Below, one piece after another: positions 26,119 through 36,212 of a DNA stretch of 53,662 bases (within the stretch, counting starts at the first letter, position 1; each line of letters starts with the position of its first letter). The stretch is taken from positions 1 through 53,662 of the forward strand of contig CAZBLV010000014.1 in assembly GCA_964493085.1 (NCBI GenBank), written 5' to 3'. A model generated the notes under the pieces. That model searched no databases, had not been told where the DNA came from, and was given only the letters and a program-made list of their open reading frames with translations. The DNA is from an uncultured Candidatus Saccharibacteria bacterium (lineage in GTDB: Bacteria > Patescibacteriota > Minisyncoccia > Minisyncoccales > GWA2-38-27). The translations under genes and the position numbers were made by a program.

Positions 26119-26370
26119 ATGCTTATGTTTGACAAACTAAACCAGATTAGAAAAATCAGGGAAGTGCAGAAGCAGCTTGCCAAAGAAAGAAGCGAGATAG
26201 AGAAAGAGGGAACGAAAGTGGCAATTAACGGAAATCTCCAGATAGAAGAAATTTCCCTGAACCCGGAGCTAGACAAAGAAAAACAAGAAGAGATTTTAAA
26301 AGAATGCCTTAACGAAGCAGTAAAAGAAATGCAACAGAAAATGGCTCAGTCCTTGGGAGGGCTGATGTAA
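26119..26370 (+). CDS. YbaB/EbfC nucleoid-associated protein
   Basis: Size and V.ING...I.L...LNEA pattern. Confidence 0.8.
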   Translation: MLMFDKLNQIRKIREVQKQLAKERSEIEKEGTKVAINGNLQIEEISLNPELDKEKQEEILKECLNEAVKEMQQKMAQSLGGLM

Positions 26371-26485
26371 AAAGGCGGGGGGAATGTTTCCCCGCTTTTT
26401 TGTTTTGGCCTTGACAGAGCGTTGTTATGGGTATATATTTAAAACAGAAAGGTCATTTCAAGACAAAATAAAATTATTAAAAATT

Positions 26486-26749
26486 ATGCCGTTTCGCGAT
26501 GGAACCGGCCCAAGAGGCCAAGGTCCCCTGACAGGAAGAGGTTTGGGATATTGCTCGGGCGATCATGCCAGGCCTTCTTTCGGCGGAGGAAGAGGATATA
26601 GAAATTGGTACAGAGCCGCAGGATTAACTGGCTGGCAACGAGCAAATGCATCCTCGCAGGGAGAAGACGCCCAGAGCCAAATAGACAGCTTGCGGGTTCA
26701 AGTAAGAGAGCTAGAAGAAACAATAAAGAGCCTGAAAAAGAAAAAATGA
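26486..26749 (+). CDS. DUF5320 family protein
   Basis: MPFRDGTGPRGQGPLTGRGLGYC; C-terminal coiled coil. Confidence 0.85.
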   Translation: MPFRDGTGPRGQGPLTGRGLGYCSGDHARPSFGGGRGYRNWYRAAGLTGWQRANASSQGEDAQSQIDSLRVQVRELEETIKSLKKKK

Positions 26750-26790
26750 TTCTTTTTGTCCTCTGGCTTAAAAAGTGATAGAATAAAAAT

Positions 26791-26964
26791 ATGGAAAACC
26801 AAAAACAAGGCCAGCAAGGGCGCCAGCCTGAAGGAGAGGGATTAGGACCTGACGGAATTTGCCTTTGCCCCGAATGCGGAGAAGAAAAGATTCACCAGAG
26901 AGGCATCCCCTGCTATCAGGAAAAGTGCCCTGTCTGCGGGGCCAAAATGATCAGAAAGAGTTAA
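26791..26964 (+). CDS. Small Cys-rich zinc-ribbon protein (57 aa, not in ORF track)
   Basis: GPDGICLCPECG..HQRGIPC...CPVCGAKMIR. Confidence 0.85.
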   Translation: MENQKQGQQGRQPEGEGLGPDGICLCPECGEEKIHQRGIPCYQEKCPVCGAKMIRKS

Positions 26965-26968
26965 ATGT

Positions 26969-27361
26969 ATGAAAATTTGCGTTACAAGTTCAGGGCCCAA
27001 ACTAGACTCTTTAGTTGATCCTCGTTTTGGGAGGTGTGCTTACTTTGTTTTTATTGATACGAAATCAAAGGACAAATTTGAGGCAGTCCCCAATGCCGGG
27101 GTTAACGCTGTCAGGGGAGCAGGGGTTCAGGCTTCCCAAGCCGTGTTAGACCAGGGATCAGAGGCTGTTATTACGGGAAATATGGGGCCCAATTCTTTTT
27201 CTGTGCTGTCTGCGTCTGATGTCAAAGTTTTTCAGATCGAGGCAGGCATGGAAGTTAAAAAAGCTGTAGAAGAGCTGGAAAATGGAAATCTTTCAGAGAT
27301 CAGCCGCTCTTCTGGCGGTTTCGGACCGGGAAGAAAGGGGTTTGGCAGAAGAGGAAGATAA
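26969..27361 (+). CDS. NifB/NifX family (IssA-like) protein
   Basis: DPRFGRCAYF, GAGVQA, ITGNMGP; Gly/Arg tail. Confidence 0.88.
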   Translation: MKICVTSSGPKLDSLVDPRFGRCAYFVFIDTKSKDKFEAVPNAGVNAVRGAGVQASQAVLDQGSEAVITGNMGPNSFSVLSASDVKVFQIEAGMEVKKAVEELENGNLSEISRSSGGFGPGRKGFGRRGR

Positions 27362-27366
27362 AACAC

Positions 27367-28608
27367 ATGAAAGCTAATATATTTAAACAAGGACAAAAGG
27401 CCACTATTATAGCAGGATTGGTAACGTTTTTTTTCGCCGGAGCCAAAGCAATAATAGGGGTTTTTTCTGGCAGTATTGTTTTAATGGCTGATGCCGTCCA
27501 TAGCGCCGCTGATTCTTTTTCTACTTTTGCGGCTTTTTTCGGTTTGACTATTGCCAGAAAAAAACCTACCAAGAAATTTCCTTACGGGTTTTACAAAGCA
27601 GAAAACCTGACTGCCCTTATAATCTCAGGGCTTATTTTGTTTGCAGGATACAGCATAATAAAAGAGAGCATCAGCAAGATTTTTTCAGACTACCAGCTTA
27701 ATATTCCTCTTTTAGCTGTAGCAGTTGCAGTTTTGGACGGGATTTTTATGGTTGCTGTCGGCACCTACGAAGTCAGAGTGGGAAAAAAGATAAATTCTCA
27801 AAGCTTGGTGGCAGACGGAAGAGAATCCAGAATGCACCTGCTTTCTTCTTCTGTGGTGCTGATAGGACTGGTTTCTGTTTTGCTTGGGATCCCCTATATC
27901 GAAGGGGCAGCAGGCATTATAATATCCTTTTTCATTTTCCAGGCAGGCCTTGAGTCAGCGAAAGATTCTGTTTTTTCTTTAATGGATGTTTCTCCAAGCA
28001 AGGAAATGGAGAAAGAGATCAAGAAAATTTTAAAGAATATTTCAGGCATCAGAGGATTTAAAAACCTGAAATTGAGGAAGTCAGGCCCTTTTGTTTTCGG
28101 AGAAGTTGACGCCAAGATCGGAAAAAGCCTTAGCGTGGACAAAGCCACTGAAATATCAGGAAACATAGAAAAGGAGATCAAAAAAAGAATTTCTTTGATT
28201 GATTCTTTTAATGTTAAAATCCAGCCCTATCAGGTCCAAAAACAGAAGGTCTGCATTCCGGTTAAAGAGGATAAGGGCCTAAAGTCTAAGGTTTCAAATC
28301 ATTTTGGCAGAGCCCGAAAATTTCTGTTTGCAGAAATTGACAAAGGAAAGATAAAAAACTATTACCTGAAAGAAAATAGATACAAAGAAAAAGAAAAAAG
28401 AGCGGGGTTAAACGTTGCCCTTTTTGTGGTGGAGGAAAAAATAGATTCTGTGATTACCCAAGAAATGGGCCCTATTTCTTTTCATGCCTTGAGAGACAAC
28501 ATAGTGGAAATTTACGAAACCAAGGGAGACACTGCCGAAGAAGCAATAGCTAACTTTTCCAGAGGGAAAAAGAAATTATTAAAAGAGCCCACCAAAGAGA
28601 AAGTCTAA
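27367..28608 (+). CDS. Cation diffusion facilitator fused to C-terminal NifX-like domain
   Basis: ADAVHSAAD, FPYGFYKAE; C-terminal HFGRA..F. Confidence 0.88.
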   Translation: MKANIFKQGQKATIIAGLVTFFFAGAKAIIGVFSGSIVLMADAVHSAADSFSTFAAFFGLTIARKKPTKKFPYGFYKAENLTALIISGLILFAGYSIIKESISKIFSDYQLNIPLLAVAVAVLDGIFMVAVGTYEVRVGKKINSQSLVADGRESRMHLLSSSVVLIGLVSVLLGIPYIEGAAGIIISFFIFQAGLESAKDSVFSLMDVSPSKEMEKEIKKILKNISGIRGFKNLKLRKSGPFVFGEVDAKIGKSLSVDKATEISGNIEKEIKKRISLIDSFNVKIQPYQVQKQKVCIPVKEDKGLKSKVSNHFGRARKFLFAEIDKGKIKNYYLKENRYKEKEKRAGLNVALFVVEEKIDSVITQEMGPISFHALRDNIVEIYETKGDTAEEAIANFSRGKKKLLKEPTKEKV

Positions 28609-28609
28609 A

Positions 28610-29431
28610 ATGCCCCTTTTCAAAAAAATTGCTGTGACAGGAGGGAAAGGCGGGACTGGAAAATCGACAATAGCTGTTCTGAAAGCAAAAGAATTCTTAA
28701 AAAGAGGGAAGAAGGTTGTCTTGGTCGATTGCGATGTTGAGTGCCCCAACGATTATCTGCTTTTGGGCCAGAAAATAAAAGAAGAAGAAAAAATATACGG
28801 AGAGTTTCCAGAGCTCATAAAAGAGAAATGCCGCAAATGCGGCCTCTGCGTTAAGACTTGCAGAGAGAGCGCTATTTTTCAGAAACCCGGAGAATACCCC
28901 GTTTTCCTTGAAGACCTTTGCTCTGGATGCGGGGCTTGCTGGACTGTCTGTCCCTTCGGGGCCATTAGACCGAAAAAAGAAGAGACAGGAAAGATATGCT
29001 TGAATAAAATCGGCAACCTTTATTTGATTACGGGCGAAGCCAAGGCAGGATTGGAAGAAACGGGTCCGGTGGTGGCAAAAACCAAAGACTTTGCCGAAAA
29101 ATTAGCAGAAAAAGAAAAAGCAGATATTGTTGTTTTTGATACAGCAGCAGGGACCCACTGCCCGGTAATCAATGCTCTAATGGGGGTTGACCTGGCTTAT
29201 GCTGTGACAGAGCCTACTCCTATGGGGAAATACGATCTGACTCTTATTTTAGACCTCTGTAAAAAGATGGAAATACCTGTTAAAGTAATATTGAACCAGT
29301 CTGACCTGGGAGAAAAAAAGAATATTATAGAGGCGGCTAAAAAGTTTGGAACAGAAATTGAAAAAGAAATTCCTTACTCTAAGACATTGGCTAAAGCTTA
29401 CTCTAGGGGGAAGTTACTGAATTATGAGTGA
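28610..29431 (+). CDS. MinD-superfamily ATPase with inserted ferredoxin domain
   Basis: GGKGGTGKST, DCDVECPN, two CxxCxxC, GTHCPV, VTEPT. Confidence 0.88.
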   Translation: MPLFKKIAVTGGKGGTGKSTIAVLKAKEFLKRGKKVVLVDCDVECPNDYLLLGQKIKEEEKIYGEFPELIKEKCRKCGLCVKTCRESAIFQKPGEYPVFLEDLCSGCGACWTVCPFGAIRPKKEETGKICLNKIGNLYLITGEAKAGLEETGPVVAKTKDFAEKLAEKEKADIVVFDTAAGTHCPVINALMGVDLAYAVTEPTPMGKYDLTLILDLCKKMEIPVKVILNQSDLGEKKNIIEAAKKFGTEIEKEIPYSKTLAKAYSRGKLLNYE

Positions 29432-29744
29432 GATTGTTTTCAATGACCAAAACTTTAATCAAGAAGTTATCAAAAGTTGCCAGCCGGTTCTGGTTGATTT
29501 TTTCTCGCCCCTCTGCTCTCCTTGCCAGATTTCAGCTCCTGTCATTAAAGAGCTTGCTGAAGAATTTAGGGGAAAAGCGAAGGTTGGCAAATTAGACGTT
29601 ACAGAAAACAAAGAAATCCCTCAAAGATACGAAGTCAGGGGAGTTCCCACTCTTATTATTTTTAAAAACGGGGAAGCGGTCCAAAGAGCAACGGGCTTGC
29701 GTTCCAAAAAGGTAATAGCAGAAAAGATTAATTCTTTAATATAA
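29424..29744 (+). CDS. Thioredoxin
   Basis: VDFFSPLCSPC, GVPT. Confidence 0.88.
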   Translation: MSEIVFNDQNFNQEVIKSCQPVLVDFFSPLCSPCQISAPVIKELAEEFRGKAKVGKLDVTENKEIPQRYEVRGVPTLIIFKNGEAVQRATGLRSKKVIAEKINSLI

Positions 29745-29748
29745 TAAT

Positions 29749-30258
29749 ATGGCTATAATTTCTTCATTGGAAAAAGAAGAAGCAGGCGAAGCAGAAGAAG
29801 TTTACAATAAATTTGAAAAAGATACGGGAAAAGTCCCGGAGTGGGTTAAGGTAATGGCCCATAATCCCAAGGTGGTAAAAGAGTTTACCGAGCTTTTTAA
29901 AGTAATAATGGATGAAGGGTATATTGCTCCTCTTTTAAGGTGGAAAATAGCCTATACTGTCTCCCAAACCCTAAAGTGCCCTTTCTGCGTTGACGTTACA
30001 GAAAAGATGCTGAAAAGCCTAGGGGCAGGAGATGAGGTGATAGAAAAAGTTAAAGGCAAAGAAGGACTTGAAGAAGGGGAAAAGGAGGTCCTTAAGTTGG
30101 TAGAAAAGGTAACAAAAACCGCTCAATGCGACACAGAGCTATTTAGAAAATTAAAAGAAAAGTTTTCTGAGCCAGAGCTCGTAGAAATAGTTTCCATTAT
30201 AGGACTGTTTAATTACATAAATAGATTTAACAATGCCTTCTGCATTTTGCCTGAGTAG
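29749..30258 (+). CDS. Carboxymuconolactone decarboxylase/AhpD family protein
   Basis: CPFC, FNYINRFN. Confidence 0.82.
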   Translation: MAIISSLEKEEAGEAEEVYNKFEKDTGKVPEWVKVMAHNPKVVKEFTELFKVIMDEGYIAPLLRWKIAYTVSQTLKCPFCVDVTEKMLKSLGAGDEVIEKVKGKEGLEEGEKEVLKLVEKVTKTAQCDTELFRKLKEKFSEPELVEIVSIIGLFNYINRFNNAFCILPE

Positions 30259-30263
30259 ATTCT

Positions 30264-31388
30264 ATGAAAAAGACAGCATTTTTTTTAATCTTTCTGGGGC
30301 TGCTTTTCGGATTTTTTGATCTTGTTTCAGCAGACCAAGAGGTTGAACTGAAGTTTTTTTACAGCAGAACCTGCCCTCATTGCGCAGAGGAAAGGGCTTT
30401 TTTGGAAGGCGAAATAGCAGAAAAATACCCGGAAATAGAAATAGAAAAGTTTTCAGTTTCAGAAAACATAGAGTTTTTAAAGCTTCTCTATAAGAAATAT
30501 GAGGTGCCCAGAGAAGAGCAGGGCTTGGTTCCCGTATTATTTATCGACAATGAATATTTTTTGGGATTCAGCGAGGAAATAGGAAATAAAATAGAAAAAT
30601 GCATTGAAAGCAAGATTAAAGGAGAGGAGTCTTGCGGCCCTGAAGAAGAGGACTTGGATATCTCTCTTCCTTTGATAGGGAAAATTAATGTCAGCGATTA
30701 TTCTTTGCCTGCCCTTTCTGCTGTTTTGGGATTTTTCGACGGCTTTAACGTTTGTTCTTTGGGAGCGCTTGTTCTTATTTTAGGACTGGTCTTAGCTCTA
30801 AGGGAAAGAAAGAAGATGCTTTTATATGGAGGAATTTTTATTGGAACCACAGCCTTAATCTACGGGCTTCTGATAGTTGTCTGGCATCAGATATTTACTG
30901 CTCTCGCCTCTTATTTAAGAAGCATGGAGATAATAATAGGAGTTTTAGGAGTCTGCGGGGGCGTTTATTTCTTAAGAGAGTTTATCAGATTTAGAAAGTA
31001 CGGGCCCACCTGCCAGACACAGGGAACGGTTTCCAGGATTAATCTTAAGATAAAAAAGATCCTTCAGGAGGCAGACAGCATAATTATGGTAATAGGCAGC
31101 CTTTTGGTTTTTGCTGCCGCAATAACCATAGTGGAATTTCCGTGTTCTGCTGCTATTCCTGTATTTTTCGCAGGCATTTTAGCAGAAGCCCAATTACCTG
31201 CTGCCCTATATCTTCTCTATATCGCAATCTTTGTCCTGTTCTACATGCTGGACGAAATTATTGTTTTCCTTATAGCCTTCTTTACTATGACCATAAAGAT
31301 GGCCTCGCCCAAATTCGTTACCTGGATTACTCTGCTGGAAGCGATGATTCTTCTGGGCCTTGGGCTTTATTATCTTTTTGGGATTTAA
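30264..31388 (+). CDS. Glutaredoxin-like domain fused to CcdA/DsbD-like membrane domain
   Basis: Signal peptide, CPHC, DGFNVC, EFPCSA. Confidence 0.8.
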   Translation: MKKTAFFLIFLGLLFGFFDLVSADQEVELKFFYSRTCPHCAEERAFLEGEIAEKYPEIEIEKFSVSENIEFLKLLYKKYEVPREEQGLVPVLFIDNEYFLGFSEEIGNKIEKCIESKIKGEESCGPEEEDLDISLPLIGKINVSDYSLPALSAVLGFFDGFNVCSLGALVLILGLVLALRERKKMLLYGGIFIGTTALIYGLLIVVWHQIFTALASYLRSMEIIIGVLGVCGGVYFLREFIRFRKYGPTCQTQGTVSRINLKIKKILQEADSIIMVIGSLLVFAAAITIVEFPCSAAIPVFFAGILAEAQLPAALYLLYIAIFVLFYMLDEIIVFLIAFFTMTIKMASPKFVTWITLLEAMILLGLGLYYLFGI

Positions 31389-31391
31389 GAT

Positions 31392-31967
31392 ATGGATATT
31401 GAAAAAGAGCTTAAAAAAGTGAAAGAAGAGGTCGTGGACTGCAAGGCCTGCCCTCTCTCTCAAGAAAGAATAAAAAACAAAGTTTTTCCAGTGATTGGGG
31501 AAGGAAGCCATCAGGCAGAAATAATGTTTGTCGGAGAGGCCCCCGGTTTCAATGAAGCGAAAACGGGGCGACCTTTTTGTGGAGCAGCAGGCAGAGTGCT
31601 GGACGAGCTTTTAGAGTCTGCCGGAATAAGCAGGCAAGACGTCTATATCACCAATATTTTAAAAGACAGGCCTCCCGGCAACAGAGACCCCCAGCCCAAA
31701 GAAATCAAAGCTTGCCTTCCTTATCTTGAAAGGCAGATATCTTTAATCGGCCCCAAAGCGGTTTGCACTTTGGGAAGATATGCTATGGAGGTTATCTTAA
31801 AAAAGTTCGGAGGGAAAAAGGGGACTATCGGCCAGCTCCACGGACAGGTTTTTGAAACAGGGAAGTTTAAGATTATCCCTCTTTACCATCCGGCAGTAGC
31901 TGTTTATAACGCTGGGATGAAAGAAACCCTGAAAAAAGACTTCATGGTTTTAAAGAAAATAGCTTAA
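31392..31967 (+). CDS. Uracil-DNA glycosylase family 4
   Basis: VGEAPG, GRPF.G, RPPGNRDP, YHPA. Confidence 0.93.
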   Translation: MDIEKELKKVKEEVVDCKACPLSQERIKNKVFPVIGEGSHQAEIMFVGEAPGFNEAKTGRPFCGAAGRVLDELLESAGISRQDVYITNILKDRPPGNRDPQPKEIKACLPYLERQISLIGPKAVCTLGRYAMEVILKKFGGKKGTIGQLHGQVFETGKFKIIPLYHPAVAVYNAGMKETLKKDFMVLKKIA

Positions 31968-31968
31968 A

Positions 31969-32715
31969 ATGTTGTTTTATATCTTAACCAGCACTTTTCT
32001 TATCAGCTTGTTAGCTTTTGTGGGAGCTTTGGCTTTATTCCTTAGAGAAAAGCTTTTGGATAAAATACTTCTGGTTCTGGTCGCTTTCTCTGCCGGCGCT
32101 CTTTTTGGAGGAGCTTTTCTTCATTTAATACCCGAGGCGGCAGAAAAAGGACTTGATTCAATTGTTTTGGCCTTGTGGCTGATTTTGGGCTTCTGCCTTT
32201 TTTTTATACTGGAGCAGTTTATCAGATGGCATCATTGTTCAGGAGGAAAATGCTCTGAAAAGCCGACCCCCTTTTCTTTTCTAATTCTTGTTTCAGACGC
32301 TGTCCACAATTTCATAGATGGGCTGGTAATAGCGGGATCTTTTGCCGTGGCCTTGCCGGTCGGAATGGTCACTGTTTTGGCCGTCGCCTTACATGAGATT
32401 CCCCAGGAAATGGGCGATTTCGGAGTTTTGGTTTATGGAGGATTTAAAAAAGGAAAGGCTTTGGTTTTGAACTTTTTATCCGCTGTTACCGTAATTATCG
32501 GAGGGGTTGTAGGATTTTTACTGTCTGAAAAGATAGGAGAATCCATTGTTTTCCTTTTGCCCTTTGCTGCCGGCAATTTCCTTTATATCTCAGCTTCTGA
32601 TTTGATACCTGAAATCAAGCACAAAGAAAACACTAAAAAGTCGATAGTCCATTTTTTCGTATTTTTGACAGGAATAGGGACAATGTTGCTGATAAAATTA
32701 TTATTCAATGGTTAA
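31969..32715 (+). CDS. ZIP family metal transporter
   Basis: HNFIDG, HEIPQE.GDF, DLIPE. Confidence 0.92.
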   Translation: MLFYILTSTFLISLLAFVGALALFLREKLLDKILLVLVAFSAGALFGGAFLHLIPEAAEKGLDSIVLALWLILGFCLFFILEQFIRWHHCSGGKCSEKPTPFSFLILVSDAVHNFIDGLVIAGSFAVALPVGMVTVLAVALHEIPQEMGDFGVLVYGGFKKGKALVLNFLSAVTVIIGGVVGFLLSEKIGESIVFLLPFAAGNFLYISASDLIPEIKHKENTKKSIVHFFVFLTGIGTMLLIKLLFNG

Positions 32716-33583
32716 TTGCAAAGTAGCAGTCTGCAGCGGAAAAGGAGGAGTGGGAAAGTCAATGATTTCCTCTTCTTTAGCTATCCTTTTGTCTTCTGAA
32801 AAGAGGATTGTGGCGGCTGATTGCGATGTTGACGCTCCCAATTTGGCAGTGTGGCTGGGAGAACCTGAAAACTGGCAAAAAACAGAAAAAATAAGCGTTT
32901 CTGAAAAACCTGTTATCAGGAGCAGCGGCTTGTCTAAAGAAAAAATAAAAGAGTGCGTTGGCAAATGCAGATTCGGCGCCCTGAAAGAAAAAAACGGAGA
33001 GCTGGAATTAAGCCCTTTTCTTTGCGAAGGATGCGGGGCCTGCGAGATTTTTTGCCCAGAGGGAGTAGCTAAAATGAAGCCCGTGAAAAGCGGCGAGATA
33101 AGGATTAAAAAGAGCAAGCACGGGTTTCCTTTGGTTTCCGGCCATCTTTATCCCGGAGAAACAGGTTCAGGAAAAATAGTTTCTGAAGTTAAGTCCCGGG
33201 CGGAAAACCTAGGGAAAGAAGAAATTATGATAATTGATTCTGCTCCCGGGACAGGTTGTCCTGTTACAGCTTCTCTGCAGGATGCAGACTTGGTTTTGCT
33301 GATTACAGAACCCACCCCTTCTTCTTTTTCTGACTTGAAAAGAGTGCTCAAGGTAGTGGAGCATTTTAACATTCCCTGGCATGGCGTTATTAACAAGTGG
33401 GACGTTAACCAAGAGCTAAGCGGAAGAATAGAAAAATGGCTTGGAAAGAGAATGCTTGGCAAAATTTCTTATGATAAGGGGATATTTAAAGCCGTTTCCC
33501 AGCTTATTCCGATAGTTGAAACAAACTTGAAAGCAAAGAAAGAAATAGAGCAAATATTTAACAATTTTGTAAGGATAATTTAA
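32708..33583 (+). CDS. MinD-superfamily ATPase with inserted ferredoxin domain (second paralog)
   Basis: SGKGGVGKS, DCDVDAPN, CEGCGAC, PGTGCPV, TEPT. Confidence 0.88.
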   Translation: MVNCKVAVCSGKGGVGKSMISSSLAILLSSEKRIVAADCDVDAPNLAVWLGEPENWQKTEKISVSEKPVIRSSGLSKEKIKECVGKCRFGALKEKNGELELSPFLCEGCGACEIFCPEGVAKMKPVKSGEIRIKKSKHGFPLVSGHLYPGETGSGKIVSEVKSRAENLGKEEIMIIDSAPGTGCPVTASLQDADLVLLITEPTPSSFSDLKRVLKVVEHFNIPWHGVINKWDVNQELSGRIEKWLGKRMLGKISYDKGIFKAVSQLIPIVETNLKAKKEIEQIFNNFVRII

Positions 33584-33585
33584 TT

Positions 33586-33870
33586 ATGGTCAGGCCGATA
33601 AAAAAAAGAAAAGTATATATCCACCCCAATGCAGTGTATTTTAAGCCCCGGGCCGTGCCCTTGACCGAATTAAAGGAGGTGAGCCTGGAGAGATCAGAAT
33701 TGGAAGCCCTAAGGCTTTGCGACTGCAAGAGAATGGGGCAGGTCGCTTCAGCTAAAAGAATGGGAGTTTCTCAGAGCACCTTGCAAAGGATCTTGGCCAA
33801 TGCCAGGAAAAAAGTAGCTTCCGCCCTTGTAAAAGGAGAAGCCATTAAGATAGAAAAGGAAGAAAAATAA
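33586..33870 (+). CDS. DUF134 family HTH protein
   Basis: RP.K.R..FKP..ELEALRL.D..MGVSQST..ARKK. Confidence 0.9.
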   Translation: MVRPIKKRKVYIHPNAVYFKPRAVPLTELKEVSLERSELEALRLCDCKRMGQVASAKRMGVSQSTLQRILANARKKVASALVKGEAIKIEKEEK

Positions 33871-33897
33871 TTGATCATGTGTTAGCATAAAAAAAGA

Positions 33898-35484
33898 ATG
33901 AGCAGAAAACTTATTATAATTATAACTGTTTTAGCTTTGTTGCTGGGAGTTGCCATGCATCAGATCTTCTTTAAAAAAAACGGGGAAGACCTGTCTTTGT
34001 TTGAAATAAAAAAGACTGAAATTACCAACGAGATTTCCGAAACAGGAGTGGTTAAGAAAGAAATAGAAAAAACGGGGCTTGGTTTTAATAATTCGGGCAG
34101 AATAGAAGAGATTTTTGTTAAGGTGGGAGAACAAATAAAAGCAGGCCAGGAGCTGGCAAAGCTAGAGACAAAAGAAATCCAATTTCAGCTGAGGGAGGCA
34201 GAGGCCGCTCTTTCCGGCGCTAAAGCCGATTATGAAAAGTTAATAGCAGGATCTACTCCGGAAGAAATAAGGGTGGCTGAAGCCGAGGTAGAGAAAGCGA
34301 GAATTTCTTTAGAGGGGGCGAAGCAAAACCTGGAAGACGTAAAAGAGGGCGCCCAAGAGGAGCTGGATAACGCTCTTCAGAGCGCCTTAACTACTTTGGA
34401 TGACGCTTATCTTGAGCTTTACGATTCCTATAATCTGACAAGCTATCTCCAGAGAACCTACTTTGCTTCAGGCGGCGAGCAGGATTCGGTCGAGATAAAA
34501 TACAAGATAAAAGGATATTACGAGAAGCTGGCAGACCTTATTGACGCAGCAGAGGAAACCGTTTCCGAAGAAGACATTGATTCGGCTTTATCTAAGGCAA
34601 AAGAGTTCCTTAACAAGGTTTCAGACTACATGCAGACATTAAGAGATCTAAGCGATTCTTCTGCTTACGTTGACAGGGTTACCAGCTCGGATAAAAGCTC
34701 TATTAGCTCCCAGAAGTCATCTCTTAACTCTGCCTACTCTGAAGTCTTGGACGCTGTTCAAAACATTTCTACCACTAAAATTGCAAACGCGGCTGATATT
34801 AATACTGCCCAAGCCAGCGTATCTTCTGCTGAAGCCTCTTTAAAGAAAGCTGAAGAGGAGCTGTCTCTTATACTGGCTGGCGCCAGGGCAGAGGATCTCG
34901 ACCTGTACAAATCTAAAGTAATCCAAGCAGAGTCAAAGATTTCCCAATTAAGGACAAAACTGGAAGAGTCCTCTTTAAAGAGTTCTTTTGCGGGCCAAGT
35001 CAGCAAGATAGGAAAGGAAGAGGGGGAGTTGGTTCAGCCCCAGGATACGGTTGTCACAGTGTTGCCTGCCAGCCCCTTTCAGATAAAAGTGGATATCTAT
35101 GAAGAAGATATTGTTGAAGTGAAAGTTGGAAATCCTGTGGAAATTAATTTAGTTGCTTTTCCCGAGGAAACCTTAAAAGGCGAGGTTTCTGCCATAGATC
35201 CTGCAGAAAAAATAGTAGAAGGAGTAGTTTATTATGAAACCACCATTATTTTCAAAGAAACCAGAGAAGGAATCAAGTCTGGCATGACAGCGGATGTTGT
35301 TATAATAACGGCCAAAAAAGAAAACGTTTTAGCCGTCCCGGAAGACGCTGTTAAAGAGGGCTTAGTGCAGGTCTTTTCTGACGGCAAAATAGAAAAAAGA
35401 GAGGTAGAGCTCGGCATGGAGGGAGAGGAGCTGATAGAAGTGATTTCAGGGCTTCAAGAAGGGGAAAAAGCGGTTATTGAATAA
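33898..35484 (+). CDS. Efflux periplasmic adaptor (MacA/HlyD-like) with long coiled coil
   Basis: Lipoyl halves, KSGMTADV, ISGLQEGE. Confidence 0.88.
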   Translation: MSRKLIIIITVLALLLGVAMHQIFFKKNGEDLSLFEIKKTEITNEISETGVVKKEIEKTGLGFNNSGRIEEIFVKVGEQIKAGQELAKLETKEIQFQLREAEAALSGAKADYEKLIAGSTPEEIRVAEAEVEKARISLEGAKQNLEDVKEGAQEELDNALQSALTTLDDAYLELYDSYNLTSYLQRTYFASGGEQDSVEIKYKIKGYYEKLADLIDAAEETVSEEDIDSALSKAKEFLNKVSDYMQTLRDLSDSSAYVDRVTSSDKSSISSQKSSLNSAYSEVLDAVQNISTTKIANAADINTAQASVSSAEASLKKAEEELSLILAGARAEDLDLYKSKVIQAESKISQLRTKLEESSLKSSFAGQVSKIGKEEGELVQPQDTVVTVLPASPFQIKVDIYEEDIVEVKVGNPVEINLVAFPEETLKGEVSAIDPAEKIVEGVVYYETTIIFKETREGIKSGMTADVVIITAKKENVLAVPEDAVKEGLVQVFSDGKIEKREVELGMEGEELIEVISGLQEGEKAVIE

Positions 35485-35486
35485 TT

Positions 35487-36212
35487 ATGGGCAAGCCCGT
35501 CATAAAATTGGAGAATGTCTGGAAGAAGTATCAGCTTGGCGAAGTAGAGCTTACAGTTCTTAAAGGAATTAACCTGCAGATTAATGCAGGCGATTTTACA
35601 AGCATAATGGGGCCTTCCGGATCTGGAAAATCTACTCTGATGTATATTATCGGATCCCTTGATACGCCGACTCAAGGGAAAGTTTTTTTAGACGGCAGAG
35701 ATATATCCAAATTTTCAGAAGACCAGCTGGCCCAAGTAAGGGGGAAGAAAATCGGTTTTGTCTTCCAGCAATTCAATCTTCTTTCCAATCTGACAGCTTT
35801 AGAAAATGTTACACTGCCGATGTTTTTCCAAGGCAGGACGGAATCTGAAAGAAAAAAAAGAGGGGCAGACCTCTTGGACATGGTGGGGTTGAAAGAAAGA
35901 ATAAAGCACAAACCAAAAGAGCTTTCAGGAGGAGAGCAACAGAGGATAGCTATTGCCCGTTCTCTGGCTAATGACCCTGAAATCATTGTAGCAGACGAGC
36001 CCACAGGCAATTTGGACTCTGTTACCGGCAAAAAAGTTATGGAGATTCTCACTGATCTTCACCAGAAGGAGGGCAAAACCATGGTTATTGTTACTCATGA
36101 CCCGAAAATTGCAGGCTACAGCAAAAACATAGTTAATATTCAGGACGGGGAAATATTATCTAATCACCATACGGCAGAAAAGTACTTATGGAAAAAGCGC
36201 TCCAATACTTAA
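35487..36212 (+). CDS. ABC transporter ATP-binding protein (MacB/LolD type)
   Basis: GPSGSGKST, LSGGEQQR, ADEPTGNLD. Confidence 0.93.
   Translation: MGKPVIKLENVWKKYQLGEVELTVLKGINLQINAGDFTSIMGPSGSGKSTLMYIIGSLDTPTQGKVFLDGRDISKFSEDQLAQVRGKKIGFVFQQFNLLSNLTALENVTLPMFFQGRTESERKKRGADLLDMVGLKERIKHKPKELSGGEQQRIAIARSLANDPEIIVADEPTGNLDSVTGKKVMEILTDLHQKEGKTMVIVTHDPKIAGYSKNIVNIQDGEILSNHHTAEKYLWKKRSNT

Noticed and set aside
26969-28608. Nitrogen fixation genes
   Set aside because: NifX-like domains only; no nifHDK in the window.
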